Below are positions 20,302 through 30,981 of a stretch of 64,000 bases of DNA, in pieces; positions within the stretch are counted from its first letter, which is position 1; every line of letters starts with the position of its first letter. The translations under genes and the position numbers were made by a program. Source of the DNA: an uncultured Thermococci archaeon. GTDB lineage: Archaea > Methanobacteriota_B > Thermococci > Methanofastidiosales > B48-G16. The stretch spans positions 96,001 through 160,000 of the forward strand of contig CAZQQT010000004.1 of NCBI GenBank assembly GCA_964595645.1. Reading direction: 5' to 3'. A model generated the notes under the pieces. The model saw only the letters and a program-made list of their open reading frames with translations, ran no database searches and had not been told where the DNA came from.

Positions 20302-21045
20302 ATGCATATGTTAGAATTAAAGAACATTCACAAAAAATATGGAGATACAGAGGTTCTCAGAGGAGTATCGTTCACCATGGAGAAGGGTGACACAAAGGTG
20401 ATTATCGGTCCCAGTGGAACGGGAAAAAGTACCCTTCTGCGATGCATCAACCAGCTAAGCCCACCGGACAAGGGAGAAGTGTGGCTCGATGGAGAGGAAG
20501 TGACCGATCCAAAAAAAGATATAAACAAGAACAGACAAGAAATAGGCTTTGTATTCCAGAATTTTAACCTGTTCAATCATCTCACTGCATTAAGAAATGT
20601 TTCTCTGGGTCTAGAGAAAGTAAAGGGAATGAAAAAGGAAGAAGCAAAGGAAAAAGCCATGGAAGAGCTTCGAAGAGTGGGACTAGAAAATCAGGCAACG
20701 CAGTATCCCGCTGAACTCTCAGGAGGACAGAAACAACGGGTGGGAATTGCCCGAGCACTTGCCATGGAACCGAAGATCATGCTCTTCGACGAACCAACCT
20801 CCGCACTGGATCCCGAGCTGATCGGTGAGGTGCTGGAGGTAATGAAAGGCCTCGCTGGAGAAATGACTATGCTGACCGTCACACACGAGATGGGCTTCGC
20901 AGGAAGCGTATCGGACGAAATCATCTTTATCGAGAACGGTGTAATCGTGGAGAAGGGATCTCCCAAAAAAATGTTTAACAATCCGGAGAAAGCGAGAACG
21001 AAGGAATTTCTTGGAAAGATCGCTACATTATATGGAGGAGAATGA
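20302..21045 (+). CDS. Amino-acid ABC transporter ATP-binding protein
   Basis: [26 protein letters not shown]. Confidence 0.96.
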   Translation: MHMLELKNIHKKYGDTEVLRGVSFTMEKGDTKVIIGPSGTGKSTLLRCINQLSPPDKGEVWLDGEEVTDPKKDINKNRQEIGFVFQNFNLFNHLTALRNVSLGLEKVKGMKKEEAKEKAMEELRRVGLENQATQYPAELSGGQKQRVGIARALAMEPKIMLFDEPTSALDPELIGEVLEVMKGLAGEMTMLTVTHEMGFAGSVSDEIIFIENGVIVEKGSPKKMFNNPEKARTKEFLGKIATLYGGE

Positions 21046-21048
21046 GCA

Positions 21049-21735
21049 ATGGGAACAATAGAGTTCTTTCTTCAGTCGCTGCCTCATCTGCTCGAGGGGT
21101 TGGAGAAGACACTGTTCCTCACCTTTTCATCTATTGCAATAGGGTTTATTCTGGGTATTTTACTCGCACTGGGAAGGGTGTACGGTAATAAGCTCGTTGC
21201 CGGTCTTTGCACAGGATATATTGAATTTATCCGTGGCACCCCCCTTCTTGTGCAACTGTTCATATTTTACTTCGCCTTTCCAGAGTTCTTTGGAATCAAT
21301 TTAACGCCGTTGATGGCAGCGTTTGTGGGTCTAAGCCTCAACAGTGGTGCGTACCAAGCAGAGTACCTTCGAGGATCGATACAGGCAGTAAGCTCCGGCC
21401 AGATGATCGCCGCACGAACCATAGGGATGTCCACGGTACAGTCGATCCGTCATATCATCCTCCCGCAGAGTCTCAGGATTGCAATTCCAGCCTGGTCCAA
21501 TGAACTCATCTATCTTTTGAAGTACACGTCAATCGCGTATATCATCCAAGTGGAAGAACTGACTGCAGAGGGGAAGTTCATTGCCGCAGAAACATTTAGA
21601 TATATAGAAATATTTGCTTTCATCGGGATTATCTATCTGTTCTTTACCATTGTCCTCTCCGAGATCACAGACAGAGTGGAGGAACGAGTGAGAATTCCGG
21701 GCATTGGCGCAATAAAGGGTGAAAGAGAGGTATAA
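21049..21735 (+). CDS. Amino-acid ABC transporter permease
   Basis: RGTPLLVQ, AYQAEYLRG, IILPQ. Confidence 0.95.
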   Translation: MGTIEFFLQSLPHLLEGLEKTLFLTFSSIAIGFILGILLALGRVYGNKLVAGLCTGYIEFIRGTPLLVQLFIFYFAFPEFFGINLTPLMAAFVGLSLNSGAYQAEYLRGSIQAVSSGQMIAARTIGMSTVQSIRHIILPQSLRIAIPAWSNELIYLLKYTSIAYIIQVEELTAEGKFIAAETFRYIEIFAFIGIIYLFFTIVLSEITDRVEERVRIPGIGAIKGEREV

Positions 21736-21802
21736 GGGAGTTACTCTCTCATTTAAAAGCATATTTTAGTGTAAACAGGAACACCGGTCCATCGTCACCT
21801 TC

Positions 21803-21818
21803 CGGAAAGGTTTATATA
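21803..21818 (+). promoter_or_regulatory. BRE/TATA of pcn operon (probably leaderless mRNA)
   Basis: CGGAAAGG-TTTATATA ending about 21 nt before ATG; no SD upstream. Confidence 0.6.
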
Positions 21819-21839
21819 TTCCGCCTCTGATTTCTCTTT

Positions 21840-22568
21840 ATGTTCAGTGCGAAGCTTGAAGCGAGAATATGGAAAGATATCGTTGATACGGTGAGCAGTA
21901 TTATAGAGGAGGCACCCTTTGAAGTGAAGGAAGACGGACTCTACATGAGGGCAATGGATCCCTCCCACATCTCAATGCTCGATCTCGTTGTGTCGAAGGA
22001 TCTCTTCGACGAGTATTCCTTTGACAAAGAGATCTCTCTGGGAATCGATATGGGTGAGATAAGCAAGATTATGAGAAGGGCCAAGCCCAGCGATACCCTT
22101 GTTATGGAGGCGGATGAGTCAAGAATCAACCTCACATTTGTCGGGGACTCGGAGAGAAAGTTTGGTCTCCCTATTATTGATGTACTGGAAAAACGATCGA
22201 AACTCCCGGATGTCGCATTTACCACCACAATTAAAGCGAATGCAGAACTTTTCCAAGATGCGATCAAAGATGCGTCCGTCGTCGCAGACCATATCACATT
22301 TGAAGCAAAAGAAGACAAATTTTTGGTGATGGCTCAAGGAGACATGAGCGATATCAGGACGATCAATAAAAAGGACACTATGGAAGAGTACACGGTGGAG
22401 GAAGAGGCCAAGGCCACATTCAACCTCAGCTACCTTTCAGATATCTCCAAATCGCTTTACGGTACCATGGTGATGAAGCTCGGAACGGACGTCCCTATGA
22501 TGCTCGAGTTCGAGATAGATGGAGCAGAGGTGAAGTTCGTCTTGGCTCCCAGGATTGAACGGGAATGA
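21840..22568 (+). CDS. pcn: PCNA sliding clamp
   Basis: RAMDPSHISM and C-terminal LAPRIE. Confidence 0.97.
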   Translation: MFSAKLEARIWKDIVDTVSSIIEEAPFEVKEDGLYMRAMDPSHISMLDLVVSKDLFDEYSFDKEISLGIDMGEISKIMRRAKPSDTLVMEADESRINLTFVGDSERKFGLPIIDVLEKRSKLPDVAFTTTIKANAELFQDAIKDASVVADHITFEAKEDKFLVMAQGDMSDIRTINKKDTMEEYTVEEEAKATFNLSYLSDISKSLYGTMVMKLGTDVPMMLEFEIDGAEVKFVLAPRIERE

Positions 22569-23044
22569 TAGAGGAACTGCTGAAAAGGGAAAGGGAAGAA
22601 GTGCGGTTACAAAAACTCCCTCCAGAGATTTATTCCAATGTGTTACATTACATGAGGGAGATAAAAAATAAAATAAAAACAAAGGAAGGACTCGAAAAAA
22701 GAGTACTTGAGAAAGAGCTAGAAACCGTAAGAAAACAATTTTCCGAGCTGATTGAGACGAGGATAGAAAAAGTAGTGGCCGTGGAAGATCAGCATCTCAC
22801 ATCCGAAGAGGAAAAGATTTTTAAGGAGATCTCCGAGTTAATAAAAAAGTATAAAAAAGCAGTGGTAACAAAAACTATACCGAGAACAGTTACAGTACGG
22901 TTAAAAAAGGACCTTCCCGAGATCGTGGGGCCCGATCTCAATGTATACGGACCCTTTAAGGAAGGTGAAGATGTAGAATTACCGATAGAAGTTGGAATTC
23001 TGCTCATGAAATCAAAAATAGGTGTAAAAGGTGAGAAAGAATGA
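22565..23044 (+). CDS. GINS subunit (Gins51/Gins15-like)
   Basis: LQKLP..IY, R..K, B-domain [13 protein letters not shown]; conserved position between pcn and rpl44e. Confidence 0.8.
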   Translation: MIEELLKREREEVRLQKLPPEIYSNVLHYMREIKNKIKTKEGLEKRVLEKELETVRKQFSELIETRIEKVVAVEDQHLTSEEEKIFKEISELIKKYKKAVVTKTIPRTVTVRLKKDLPEIVGPDLNVYGPFKEGEDVELPIEVGILLMKSKIGVKGEKE

Positions 23045-23313
23045 AGATGCCAAAAAGAATGAGAACATATTGCCCTTATTGTAAAAAACATACAGAACAC
23101 AGATTAAAGATACAGAAAGCCAGAAAAAGAGGAGAATTGAAACAGGGACAGAGAAGGTTTCGAAGAAAGACAAAGGGATACACAGGATATCCGCGACCGA
23201 AACCGAGCGGCTCAAAAAATACAAAGAGACGCGATATACGGTACATCTGTACCGAGTGCAACAAAATGCACACCAGAGAAGGATTTAGAGCAAAAACGAT
23301 AGAGCTCACGTGA
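23041..23313 (+). CDS. rpl44e: 50S ribosomal protein L44e
   Basis: [25 protein letters not shown]. Confidence 0.97.
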   Translation: MKMPKRMRTYCPYCKKHTEHRLKIQKARKRGELKQGQRRFRRKTKGYTGYPRPKPSGSKNTKRRDIRYICTECNKMHTREGFRAKTIELT

Positions 23314-23317
23314 TACC

Positions 23318-23497
23318 ATGAAATCTGCACCCATATCTAAGTTCATAAAAATAAAGTGTCAGGACTGTGGAAACGAACAGATAGTGTTTAACAAGCCTGC
23401 AACAGCAATCGAGTGTCTGGTCTGCGGGAAAACCCTAATAAAACCAAAAGGTGGTTTTGGGGATATCAAGGGAGAAATACTCGAGGAGTTAGAGTAA
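23318..23497 (+). CDS. rps27e: 30S ribosomal protein S27e
   Basis: Not in ORF track. 59 aa: [29 protein letters not shown]. Confidence 0.95.
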   Translation: MKSAPISKFIKIKCQDCGNEQIVFNKPATAIECLVCGKTLIKPKGGFGDIKGEILEELE

Positions 23498-23498
23498 G

Positions 23499-24260
23499 AT
23501 GAACGGTAAATATCCCGAAGAGGGCGAGTTTGTCATCGGTACCGTAGTAGAGATCCATCCGTACGGTGCAATGGTAGATCTCGATGACTACCACCAGCGA
23601 GGAATGATCCATATCCGAGAGATCTCTTCCGGCTGGGTAAAGAATATTCGAAACCACGTGAAGATGGGACAGAAGGTTGTCACCAAAGTTTTGAAAGTGG
23701 ATCCCTCGAGGGGACATATCAACCTCTCACTCAAACGAGTGAGTGAACGACAGAGGAAAGTAACGATAAAACAGTCAAAATTAGAGAAAAAGGGTGAAAA
23801 ACTCCTTGAATACTTTGCAGAAAGAAATGAAATCTCGTTAGACACAATGAAAAAGGAGATAATGGAGCCCTTGAGGAAAAAGTATGGGTATGTCTACGAC
23901 GCATTTGAAGAAGCGTTGATAAGTGGAAAAGAAATACTGAAGGAGGATATACCTGAAGAGTATGTTGACAATCTGTATGAACTTCTCTCCTCCACTGTTG
24001 ACGTTCGAAAGGTGGAGATAGAATCCAGGATGATTATAGAGTGTTATGAGCCCAACGGAGTCGACGTGATAAAAAACGTGATAACTCCAGAGAATTCAGA
24101 CATCGTGGTAAAACTCCAGGGATCGCCAAAGTACTCCGTGAAGATCACGAGTCACGATTATAAAACAGCAGAGGAGATTCTTGCTGAGTACACGAGTAAG
24201 GTGAAGAACGCAATGGATGGGTATGATGGCAAGGTAGAGTTCGAACGGGTAAAAAAATGA
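23499..24260 (+). CDS. eif2a: Translation initiation factor 2 alpha
   Basis: YPEEGEFVIGTV, S1 domain, GHINLSLKRV. Confidence 0.95.
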   Translation: MNGKYPEEGEFVIGTVVEIHPYGAMVDLDDYHQRGMIHIREISSGWVKNIRNHVKMGQKVVTKVLKVDPSRGHINLSLKRVSERQRKVTIKQSKLEKKGEKLLEYFAERNEISLDTMKKEIMEPLRKKYGYVYDAFEEALISGKEILKEDIPEEYVDNLYELLSSTVDVRKVEIESRMIIECYEPNGVDVIKNVITPENSDIVVKLQGSPKYSVKITSHDYKTAEEILAEYTSKVKNAMDGYDGKVEFERVKK

Positions 24261-24424
24261 AGATACGAAAATGCTTTGAATGTGGAACGTACACATTCGA
24301 ACCTGAATGTCCCCAGTGCCATGCCCCCACTCACCGTCCGAAGCCTCCTCGATTTTCCCCGGAGGATCCGTACGGAAAGTACAGAAGAAAAGCAAAGTTG
24401 GAGCGGAAGGAAGATGAAGACTGA
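24257..24424 (+). CDS. nop10: H/ACA RNP protein Nop10
   Basis: Not in ORF track. 55 aa: IRKCFECGTYT..CPQC..PPRFSPEDPYGKYRR. Confidence 0.95.
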   Translation: MKIRKCFECGTYTFEPECPQCHAPTHRPKPPRFSPEDPYGKYRRKAKLERKEDED

Positions 24425-25184
24425 GATTATTGAGTCAGAGAAAGTAACATTAACAACCCCTGTGTTTGTAGAAGGACTTCCCGGTATTGGATTAATTGGG
24501 AAAATAGCAGTGGATTATCTTATTGCTGAGCTGAATGCGAAAAAATTTGCGGAGTTGCACTCCCCTCACTTTCCCCACCAGGCGGTGGTAGAGGATGATT
24601 CGACGCTCCGCCTCGTACAGGATGAATTCTACTACAGCAAAGGAAAAAAGGACCTCATCTTTCTCACAGGAGATACGCAGGTCCCGCCCAACAACACACC
24701 GGGCCATTACGAGGTCGTTCAAACAATACTGCACTTCCTCCAGGCCTATAAGGTGCGAGACATCTACACACTGGGGGGGTACTCAACCGAAGGCGAGGAG
24801 GTTGAGGTTGCCAGGGTACTGGCATCGGGAACGGATACCGACATGATGAAGTCATTTGCAGATATCGATCCGTTGTTAACATTTAGAAAGGATGTGGGAG
24901 CGTCGATTGTGGGTGCTTCTGGACTCCTTTCGGTAATCGGAAAAATGAACCGTATGCGAGGCGTATGCCTTTTAGGAGAGTCATCAGGTATTGCAGTGGA
25001 TCCTCAGGCTGCGGCATCCGTACTCCGTTGTCTGTGTAAAATTCTTGAAATAGACGTGAATCTGAAAAAACTCGAGAAGAAAATCGAAGAAAACAAAGAG
25101 ATAATAAGGGAGATAGAGAGAAAAAGAGAAAGTATGATGGACGAAATCGATCAGAGGGGAAAGGATATGGAGTACATACGATGA
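24414..25184 (+). CDS. Proteasome assembly chaperone PAC2 family
   Basis: EGLPGIGLIGKIA, TLGGY, IVGASGLL, DPQAA; start trimmed to MKTEI. Confidence 0.9.
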   Translation: MKTEIIESEKVTLTTPVFVEGLPGIGLIGKIAVDYLIAELNAKKFAELHSPHFPHQAVVEDDSTLRLVQDEFYYSKGKKDLIFLTGDTQVPPNNTPGHYEVVQTILHFLQAYKVRDIYTLGGYSTEGEEVEVARVLASGTDTDMMKSFADIDPLLTFRKDVGASIVGASGLLSVIGKMNRMRGVCLLGESSGIAVDPQAAASVLRCLCKILEIDVNLKKLEKKIEENKEIIREIERKRESMMDEIDQRGKDMEYIR

Positions 25185-26365
25185 AAATTACGGCAGATTT
25201 TCATATCCACTCAAAATATTCTGCTGCAACCTCTGATAAGATGGAAATCCCTGTGATCTCGACGGAAGCGAAGTTGAAGGGTCTCAATATTGTGGGAACA
25301 TCGGATGCCTTTCATCCTTCCTGGCTCTCACATTTACGAACCTCACTGCACGAAGAAGCGGAGGGTACCTTCGAGGCGGGAGGAGTACGGTACATCCTCA
25401 CAGTGGAGATCGAGGACGTCCATAGGGTACATCATCTTATTATTCTCCCTTCGTTCTCACAGGCGGAGGAACTCTATGAAGAGTTCAAGAAGTACTCACA
25501 GGATATCGATACTAACGGGCGGTGCCGGGTGGAACTCACGGGAGATGAGATCGCCGAGCGAGTGAGGTCGGTCGACGGGATCATCGGGCCTGCACACGCA
25601 TTCACGCCCTGGACCGCAATATACGCGGAGCATGATTCTCTGCAGGAATGTTATGGAGAGTACGTAGACAAAATAGACTTTCTGGAGCTTGGACTTTCCG
25701 CAGATACGGATCTAGCCGATCATATCTCGGAGCTACGAGACCTCACCTTCATGAGCAACAGCGACGCCCACTCTCCCTGGCCACACAGGATGGGGAGGGA
25801 GTTCAACATCCTCAGTGTCGAGGAGCCCACCTACGCAGAGATCGTGAAGGCACTCAGACGGAAAAACGGGAGAAAATTCGTAAAGAACATCGGGCTTAAC
25901 CCCCGGCTTGGCAAGTACCATAAAACAGCATGCATACAATGTCACAACCAGTATACACTGGAGGAGGCAAAGGAGATGCACTGGCGGTGTGAGTGTGGAA
26001 AGACAATAAAGAAAGGTGTGTACGACAGAATTATGGAGTTAAAGGATCATGAGCACACACATCCTGCACATCGACCTCCCTATCTGCGGATCGCTCCTCT
26101 CGCGGAGATCATCGCACTGAAAAAGAGACACAGTCTCTCCACCAAAAACAACACCGCACTGTACAAAAAATTTCTAGAACAGTTCGGTAGCGAGATAGAT
26201 ATCCTCGTCCATAGTGGATATGATGAACTCAAAAAAGTAGACAAAGAAACGGCAGAGTACATTTTGAGTTACAGGGAGGAAACGATGGAGATCACGCCTG
26301 GAGGGGGAGGGAAGTACGGGACCCTACACATGACACCGGAAAGTCTCGAGGACTGGATTACGTAG
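25181..26365 (+). CDS. TIGR00375 family PHP-domain protein
   Basis: DFHIHSKYS, PAHAFTPW, ELGLSAD, NSDAHS, GGGKYG. Confidence 0.9.
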   Translation: MKITADFHIHSKYSAATSDKMEIPVISTEAKLKGLNIVGTSDAFHPSWLSHLRTSLHEEAEGTFEAGGVRYILTVEIEDVHRVHHLIILPSFSQAEELYEEFKKYSQDIDTNGRCRVELTGDEIAERVRSVDGIIGPAHAFTPWTAIYAEHDSLQECYGEYVDKIDFLELGLSADTDLADHISELRDLTFMSNSDAHSPWPHRMGREFNILSVEEPTYAEIVKALRRKNGRKFVKNIGLNPRLGKYHKTACIQCHNQYTLEEAKEMHWRCECGKTIKKGVYDRIMELKDHEHTHPAHRPPYLRIAPLAEIIALKKRHSLSTKNNTALYKKFLEQFGSEIDILVHSGYDELKKVDKETAEYILSYREETMEITPGGGGKYGTLHMTPESLEDWIT

Positions 26366-27545
26366 CCGCGGAGACGATCTTTATCACATCTCCATGCTGG
26401 AGCTCGTACTCTTCGGAGATTCTCATCTTCGTCCGCGCATTCACCGCGTGGATAAAGTTCTCTCCGATATCTGTGTGGATCTTGTAGGCGAGATCCTTAG
26501 GGGTCGAGCCTTTCCGCATGAGGTACGCGTCGGGAAGTACATTGCCCTTCTGATCCGTGAAATGCGTCTCGTCCTCCACAGGGTACACGACAATTCGTTC
26601 CAGCACATCGAAGATTGCGTAGTTCAGACACTGGACCACACCTGTATTTCCATAGGTGTTCATCACATGGTGGATGAGATCCAGCGCCTTCTTCTGCTTC
26701 TCTGTGAGCGTAACATCTTCCTTTACCGTGAAATCGCTGGCTCCGGGTGTGTACTCAACAAAATCCTTTGCCTTTCGGAGAATTCTCTCTGCCTCGGCAC
26801 TGGTCGGAATCACCTTGTGTCCTATCTCTTTTAAGCGTTCAACCTGTTCCTTCTTGGCGATATCAACTTTGTTCGCCGCGATCACAATGGGCTTTGTCAG
26901 TCGGCGGAGAATGGTGGAGAACGTCTCAAGATCCTCGTCTTCCCATGTGTCCGGTTTCTCAGCATCGAGATCGCACTCCCGCAGCGTTGCTCGAAGCGCT
27001 TCTTCTGTGAGCTCTAACCCCGTGAAGTGATCCGCCACGACGGTGGCGAAATCCTCGCCCTGCAGGTGGATCTTCCGTGAAAATTTCCTCCAATTTTTTC
27101 TCAGCGTGTTAAAAAACCATGAGTCGATCTCCTTCTCAAGAAAGTGAATATCCTCTACAGGATCGTGGGTCCCAACCTCACAGGTGTTTCCCTTCTCATC
27201 CGTACTGCCGGAAACATCCACCACGTGGATGAGTGCCTTCGCCCTACTAATATCGTCCAAAAACTTGTTGCCGAGTCCCTTCCCTTCGGAGGCACCGGGA
27301 ACGAGCCCTGCAACGTCGATGATCTTGGTGGGGATGAGCCTCACACCATCGACACACTGTGAGTTCTGTGGACTACACTCAACGCCAAGATCCGTACAGG
27401 GACAGGACGCTGTGACATACGCGACACCGATGTTTGAGTCGATGGTAGTGAAGGGATAGTTTGCAATCTCCGCTTCGCCCAAGGTGCAGGCGTTGAAAAA
27501 CGTGGATTTCCCCACATTGGGTTTTCCGACAATACTGACTTCCAT
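26358..27545 (-). CDS. ychF: YchF/Obg-family ATPase with TGS domain
   Basis: GKPNVGKST, NYPFTT, DVAGLV, ANKVD. Confidence 0.93.
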   Translation of the reverse strand: MEVSIVGKPNVGKSTFFNACTLGEAEIANYPFTTIDSNIGVAYVTASCPCTDLGVECSPQNSQCVDGVRLIPTKIIDVAGLVPGASEGKGLGNKFLDDISRAKALIHVVDVSGSTDEKGNTCEVGTHDPVEDIHFLEKEIDSWFFNTLRKNWRKFSRKIHLQGEDFATVVADHFTGLELTEEALRATLRECDLDAEKPDTWEDEDLETFSTILRRLTKPIVIAANKVDIAKKEQVERLKEIGHKVIPTSAEAERILRKAKDFVEYTPGASDFTVKEDVTLTEKQKKALDLIHHVMNTYGNTGVVQCLNYAIFDVLERIVVYPVEDETHFTDQKGNVLPDAYLMRKGSTPKDLAYKIHTDIGENFIHAVNARTKMRISEEYELQHGDVIKIVSAAT

Positions 27546-27722
27546 ACCTCTTTCCTTTCACAGGGAAAATAAAAAGGTTCTTATTGGTGTTGCACAACCA
27601 GGCCGTAGGGTTTACCTACATATGAGGGTGGAGTGATACACCGTACAAAAGAAGACTCCATGATGTATGGACCATTGTCGAACAAACACAAGATTTTAAA
27701 ATGGAAGCATCACTGTACATCT

Positions 27723-29060
27723 ATGCAAGATCTCACCTCAGGCGATATCCGCAAGAACGTGTTTCAGCTGGCATGGCCCGCAGTCATCACCATGCTTCTG
27801 CAGATGGTGGTGGGAATCGCTGATATTGCCATGGTGGGCAGACTCGGTGCGGAAGAACTCGCAGCGGTGGGACTGGGACGGCAGCTCACCTTTATTTTCT
27901 ACGGTGTGATCTCTGGGGTGAGTGTGGGAACAACGGCACTAATCGCTCGCTATATCGGAGAAAAAAACGAAAAAAAGGCGAGATTGGTGGGAGAGCAGTC
28001 ACTGATTTTTGGACTGTTCCTCTCGCTACTGATTGGTGTCCCCGGATTTCTATACGGTGATACGTTCCTCCGATTTCTAGGTGCAGAACCCAACGTGATC
28101 GTGATCGGCTATGACTACCTTCAAATCATGTTCGCGGGACTATTTGCTGTGTTCATGACCTTCGTGATCAACGCGATTTTTCGCGGAGCCGGTGACACAC
28201 GAACACCTATGTACCTCATGGGGGTTATCAACTTCTTGAATGTGGGGCTCAACTATATACTGATCTTCGGCGTCTGGAAGATTCCGTTCCTGGGCGTACG
28301 GGGCGCTGCCGTCGGCACGATCATCTCCCGCAGTCTCGCAGTGATCATCGGGCTGTACCTCCTCATCTCTGGAACGAGAGGGTTTACGCTGGCCCTCCGT
28401 CCCACAGTGGATCTCTCCATTATCCGCAAAATCGTGAAAGTCGGCTTTCCGGCATCGGGAGAACGCCTCATCAACTCCACTGCCCAGATCGCCTACACGA
28501 TGATCGTGGTCTCCTTTGGGACGGTCGCCGTGGCAGCGCACCAGGTCGCCATCCGATCCGAGAGTTTCTCCTTTATGCCAGGATTTGGATTTGCTATTGC
28601 CGCTACCACACTCGTGGGGCAGAATCTCGGCGCTGAAAAACCGAAACGGGCAGAGAAATGTGCGTACGAGTCGTTGAAACTTGCCGTAATGATCATGAGC
28701 ATTATGGGGGTCCTGTTCTTTGTGTTCCCCGAGTACTTCGTGTGGATATTCACCGATGAATCAGAGGTGATCGCTGCGGCAATTCCCTGTCTCATGATCA
28801 TCGCCGTCACCGAGCCGATGCTCGGTACGATGTTTGTGCTCGCCGGCAGCCTCCGGGGTGCAGGGGACACCACCTCACCGATGATCATTACAGGACTCTC
28901 CCTCTGGCTGGTACGAATCCCCATGGCATACTTCCTCGGTGTGACCCTTGATCTCGGGCTCACCGGTGCCTGGATCGCCATGAGCTTTGAGACGGCGGTC
29001 CGGGGAACACTCATGTACCTCCGGTTTAGAATGGGGAAATGGAAGGAAATTACGGTTTAA
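27723..29060 (+). CDS. MATE family efflux transporter
   Basis: LAWP, D.AMVGRLG, RGAGDT twice; about 12 TM. Confidence 0.93.
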   Translation: MQDLTSGDIRKNVFQLAWPAVITMLLQMVVGIADIAMVGRLGAEELAAVGLGRQLTFIFYGVISGVSVGTTALIARYIGEKNEKKARLVGEQSLIFGLFLSLLIGVPGFLYGDTFLRFLGAEPNVIVIGYDYLQIMFAGLFAVFMTFVINAIFRGAGDTRTPMYLMGVINFLNVGLNYILIFGVWKIPFLGVRGAAVGTIISRSLAVIIGLYLLISGTRGFTLALRPTVDLSIIRKIVKVGFPASGERLINSTAQIAYTMIVVSFGTVAVAAHQVAIRSESFSFMPGFGFAIAATTLVGQNLGAEKPKRAEKCAYESLKLAVMIMSIMGVLFFVFPEYFVWIFTDESEVIAAAIPCLMIIAVTEPMLGTMFVLAGSLRGAGDTTSPMIITGLSLWLVRIPMAYFLGVTLDLGLTGAWIAMSFETAVRGTLMYLRFRMGKWKEITV

Positions 29061-29913
29061 TATCGTGTCGCCAGACGTACTTCCCCGGCGCGTAGGACTT
29101 CACCTGCTGTGTATGAACAATGGGAAAGTCGAGTGCGTCTCTGGGCTTTATCGAGTAAAGGTGAATGATACCATCCTCCTTAATTTTTGTCAGTGCCGTA
29201 TCCATGAATTCGTGGGCCTGCATGGGGAGATTCATAATGATTCTGTCAAACTGAGGAAGATCCGTGACGACCTCTCTACAGTCACCTAAATGAGGAGTGA
29301 CATGCTGTACCTTGTTGAGTTCAATATTCTTTTTCAGGTAGTGGATGGCATCGGGATTGATATCGACGCTGTGGACCTCGACGTCCCGGTGTTTCGCGAT
29401 GAGGATGGAAAAAGGCCCCACCCCGGCGAACATATCGAGGATTGTCTCCCCCTCTTTCACCATCTCGGCCACACGATGTCGTTCCGTGGCGAGCCGTGGA
29501 TTGAAGTACACCGTGGTGATATCGAGCACATAGCGGCAACCGTATTCTTTGTGGATTGTCTCTGTCTTTTTTTCGCCTGCGAGATGGGTGTACTCTCTCG
29601 TTCTGTGCGTTCCCTTCACTTTGGTACTCTTTTTATACACAGCGTTGATGTTTTTTCTTTTGAGAATAGATGTATTGTTATCCTCTACTATTGCAATGTC
29701 ACCGATCACATCAAAAGTACCTTCGATGGATTCCTTCGCCGGGAGTTTCTCGAAGGTAGTCTCGACAATCTCTCCCTCTACTTCCTCTGTGATGGGGAAC
29801 ACGAGGTACTCCCCTTCATGTTTTATCTTGTACCCTGTGGCGAGGATGCCACGTCGTAAAAGAGACTGTCGTGTCTCTTCACCCTGTTTCTTCGGTACCT
29901 TCAGTCCCAGCAT
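29050..29913 (-). CDS. trm5: tRNA m1G37 methyltransferase Trm5 family
   Basis: VYFNPRLATER, DMFAGVGPF, DINP, MNLP; start MLGLK. Confidence 0.88.
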   Translation of the reverse strand: MLGLKVPKKQGEETRQSLLRRGILATGYKIKHEGEYLVFPITEEVEGEIVETTFEKLPAKESIEGTFDVIGDIAIVEDNNTSILKRKNINAVYKKSTKVKGTHRTREYTHLAGEKKTETIHKEYGCRYVLDITTVYFNPRLATERHRVAEMVKEGETILDMFAGVGPFSILIAKHRDVEVHSVDINPDAIHYLKKNIELNKVQHVTPHLGDCREVVTDLPQFDRIIMNLPMQAHEFMDTALTKIKEDGIIHLYSIKPRDALDFPIVHTQQVKSYAPGKYVWRHDIKP

Positions 29914-30496
29914 GGAATTCTCCTCTAAATACTCTATAGCCACTTCCTTTGTTCGCTGTTTCACAGTGTGTGAATATCTTTTCCATTTTCTTTTTGTAGC
30001 TCCTTGCTCCCTGCTTTGTCCGTGCAACCATGTAAAATGCCCCTTTCTTCTGCAAAAACGAAGGAACACGTTCGATCATCCTAAACACATAGTCCTTTCC
30101 CATTCGCAGAGGTGGGTTAGTCACCACGATGTCAAACGTTCGGTCCTCAAACTCGAAAAAATCCCGGTGCAGTACTTCTGCGTTGAAACAGTCGTTCAAC
30201 TTACAGTTTTTCCGTGCGAGACCAACGGCTCTCCTGTTAATATCGATCATATATGCCCGTTTCACGAACTTGGATAACACAATCCCTATCACACCGTATC
30301 CACAGCCAATATCGAGTATGGTATCCGCTTTATCCACGGCGACCGACTCGGCGAGGAGCTTGCTTCCATTATCAACTTTTTCTCTGGAAAACACACCCTT
30401 ATCTGTGAAAAACGCAAACTGCTTTCCTCGTACGACGTCAGTGATCTTCAGTACCTCGTGATCGGTATCCGGTGTTTCCGAGAAATAATGATCCAT
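29879..30496 (-). CDS. Small-domain (RsmC-like) SAM-dependent methyltransferase
   Basis: MDHYFSE, GVFS..VD.GS, DIGCGYG, TNPP. Confidence 0.88.
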   Translation of the reverse strand: MDHYFSETPDTDHEVLKITDVVRGKQFAFFTDKGVFSREKVDNGSKLLAESVAVDKADTILDIGCGYGVIGIVLSKFVKRAYMIDINRRAVGLARKNCKLNDCFNAEVLHRDFFEFEDRTFDIVVTNPPLRMGKDYVFRMIERVPSFLQKKGAFYMVARTKQGARSYKKKMEKIFTHCETANKGSGYRVFRGEFHAGTEGTEETG

Positions 30497-30556
30497 ATCC
30501 TATATTCGATAGAAACCTTTATAAACGATTTCAAGTCTGTGTTACTGGTGATACTT

Positions 30557-30934
30557 ATGGGTGTTTATCACGGTAAATCGAAACGAAAAAAATCCGGCGG
30601 ACGGTATGTCCATCCGCGGAAGAAACGGAAGTATGAGATGGGAAGAGATCCTACCCTCACACGAATACGAGAAGAACGGAAGAAGATCGTCACGACACAG
30701 GGGGGAAACGAAAAAATAAAGCTCAAATCAACCGAGTATGCGAATGTGATTACGCCGGAAGGTGCAAAAAAAGTGAAAATTTCAGATGTAGAGAATAATC
30801 CGGCACATAAACAGTTCACACGGACGAACATCATCACAAAGGGCGCGATAATCAATACCGAGGTAGGAAAAGTACGGGTGACCTCACGGCCAGGACAGGA
30901 CGGTGTGGTGAACGGCGTCCTGCTCGAAGAGTAA
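30557..30934 (+). CDS. rps8e: 30S ribosomal protein S8e
   Basis: KRKYEMGR, ITKGAII.T, VTSRPGQDG. Confidence 0.97.
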   Translation: MGVYHGKSKRKKSGGRYVHPRKKRKYEMGRDPTLTRIREERKKIVTTQGGNEKIKLKSTEYANVITPEGAKKVKISDVENNPAHKQFTRTNIITKGAIINTEVGKVRVTSRPGQDGVVNGVLLEE

Positions 30935-30981
30935 CTTTCTCTCTTTTTAAGTTGTTCTGTAGAGTAGAAAAAATATAGTGT

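Noticed and set aside
27575-27665. Several short hairpins between ychF and the MATE gene
   Set aside because: Stems of only 4-6 bp with no clear promoter-terminator frame; could be chance
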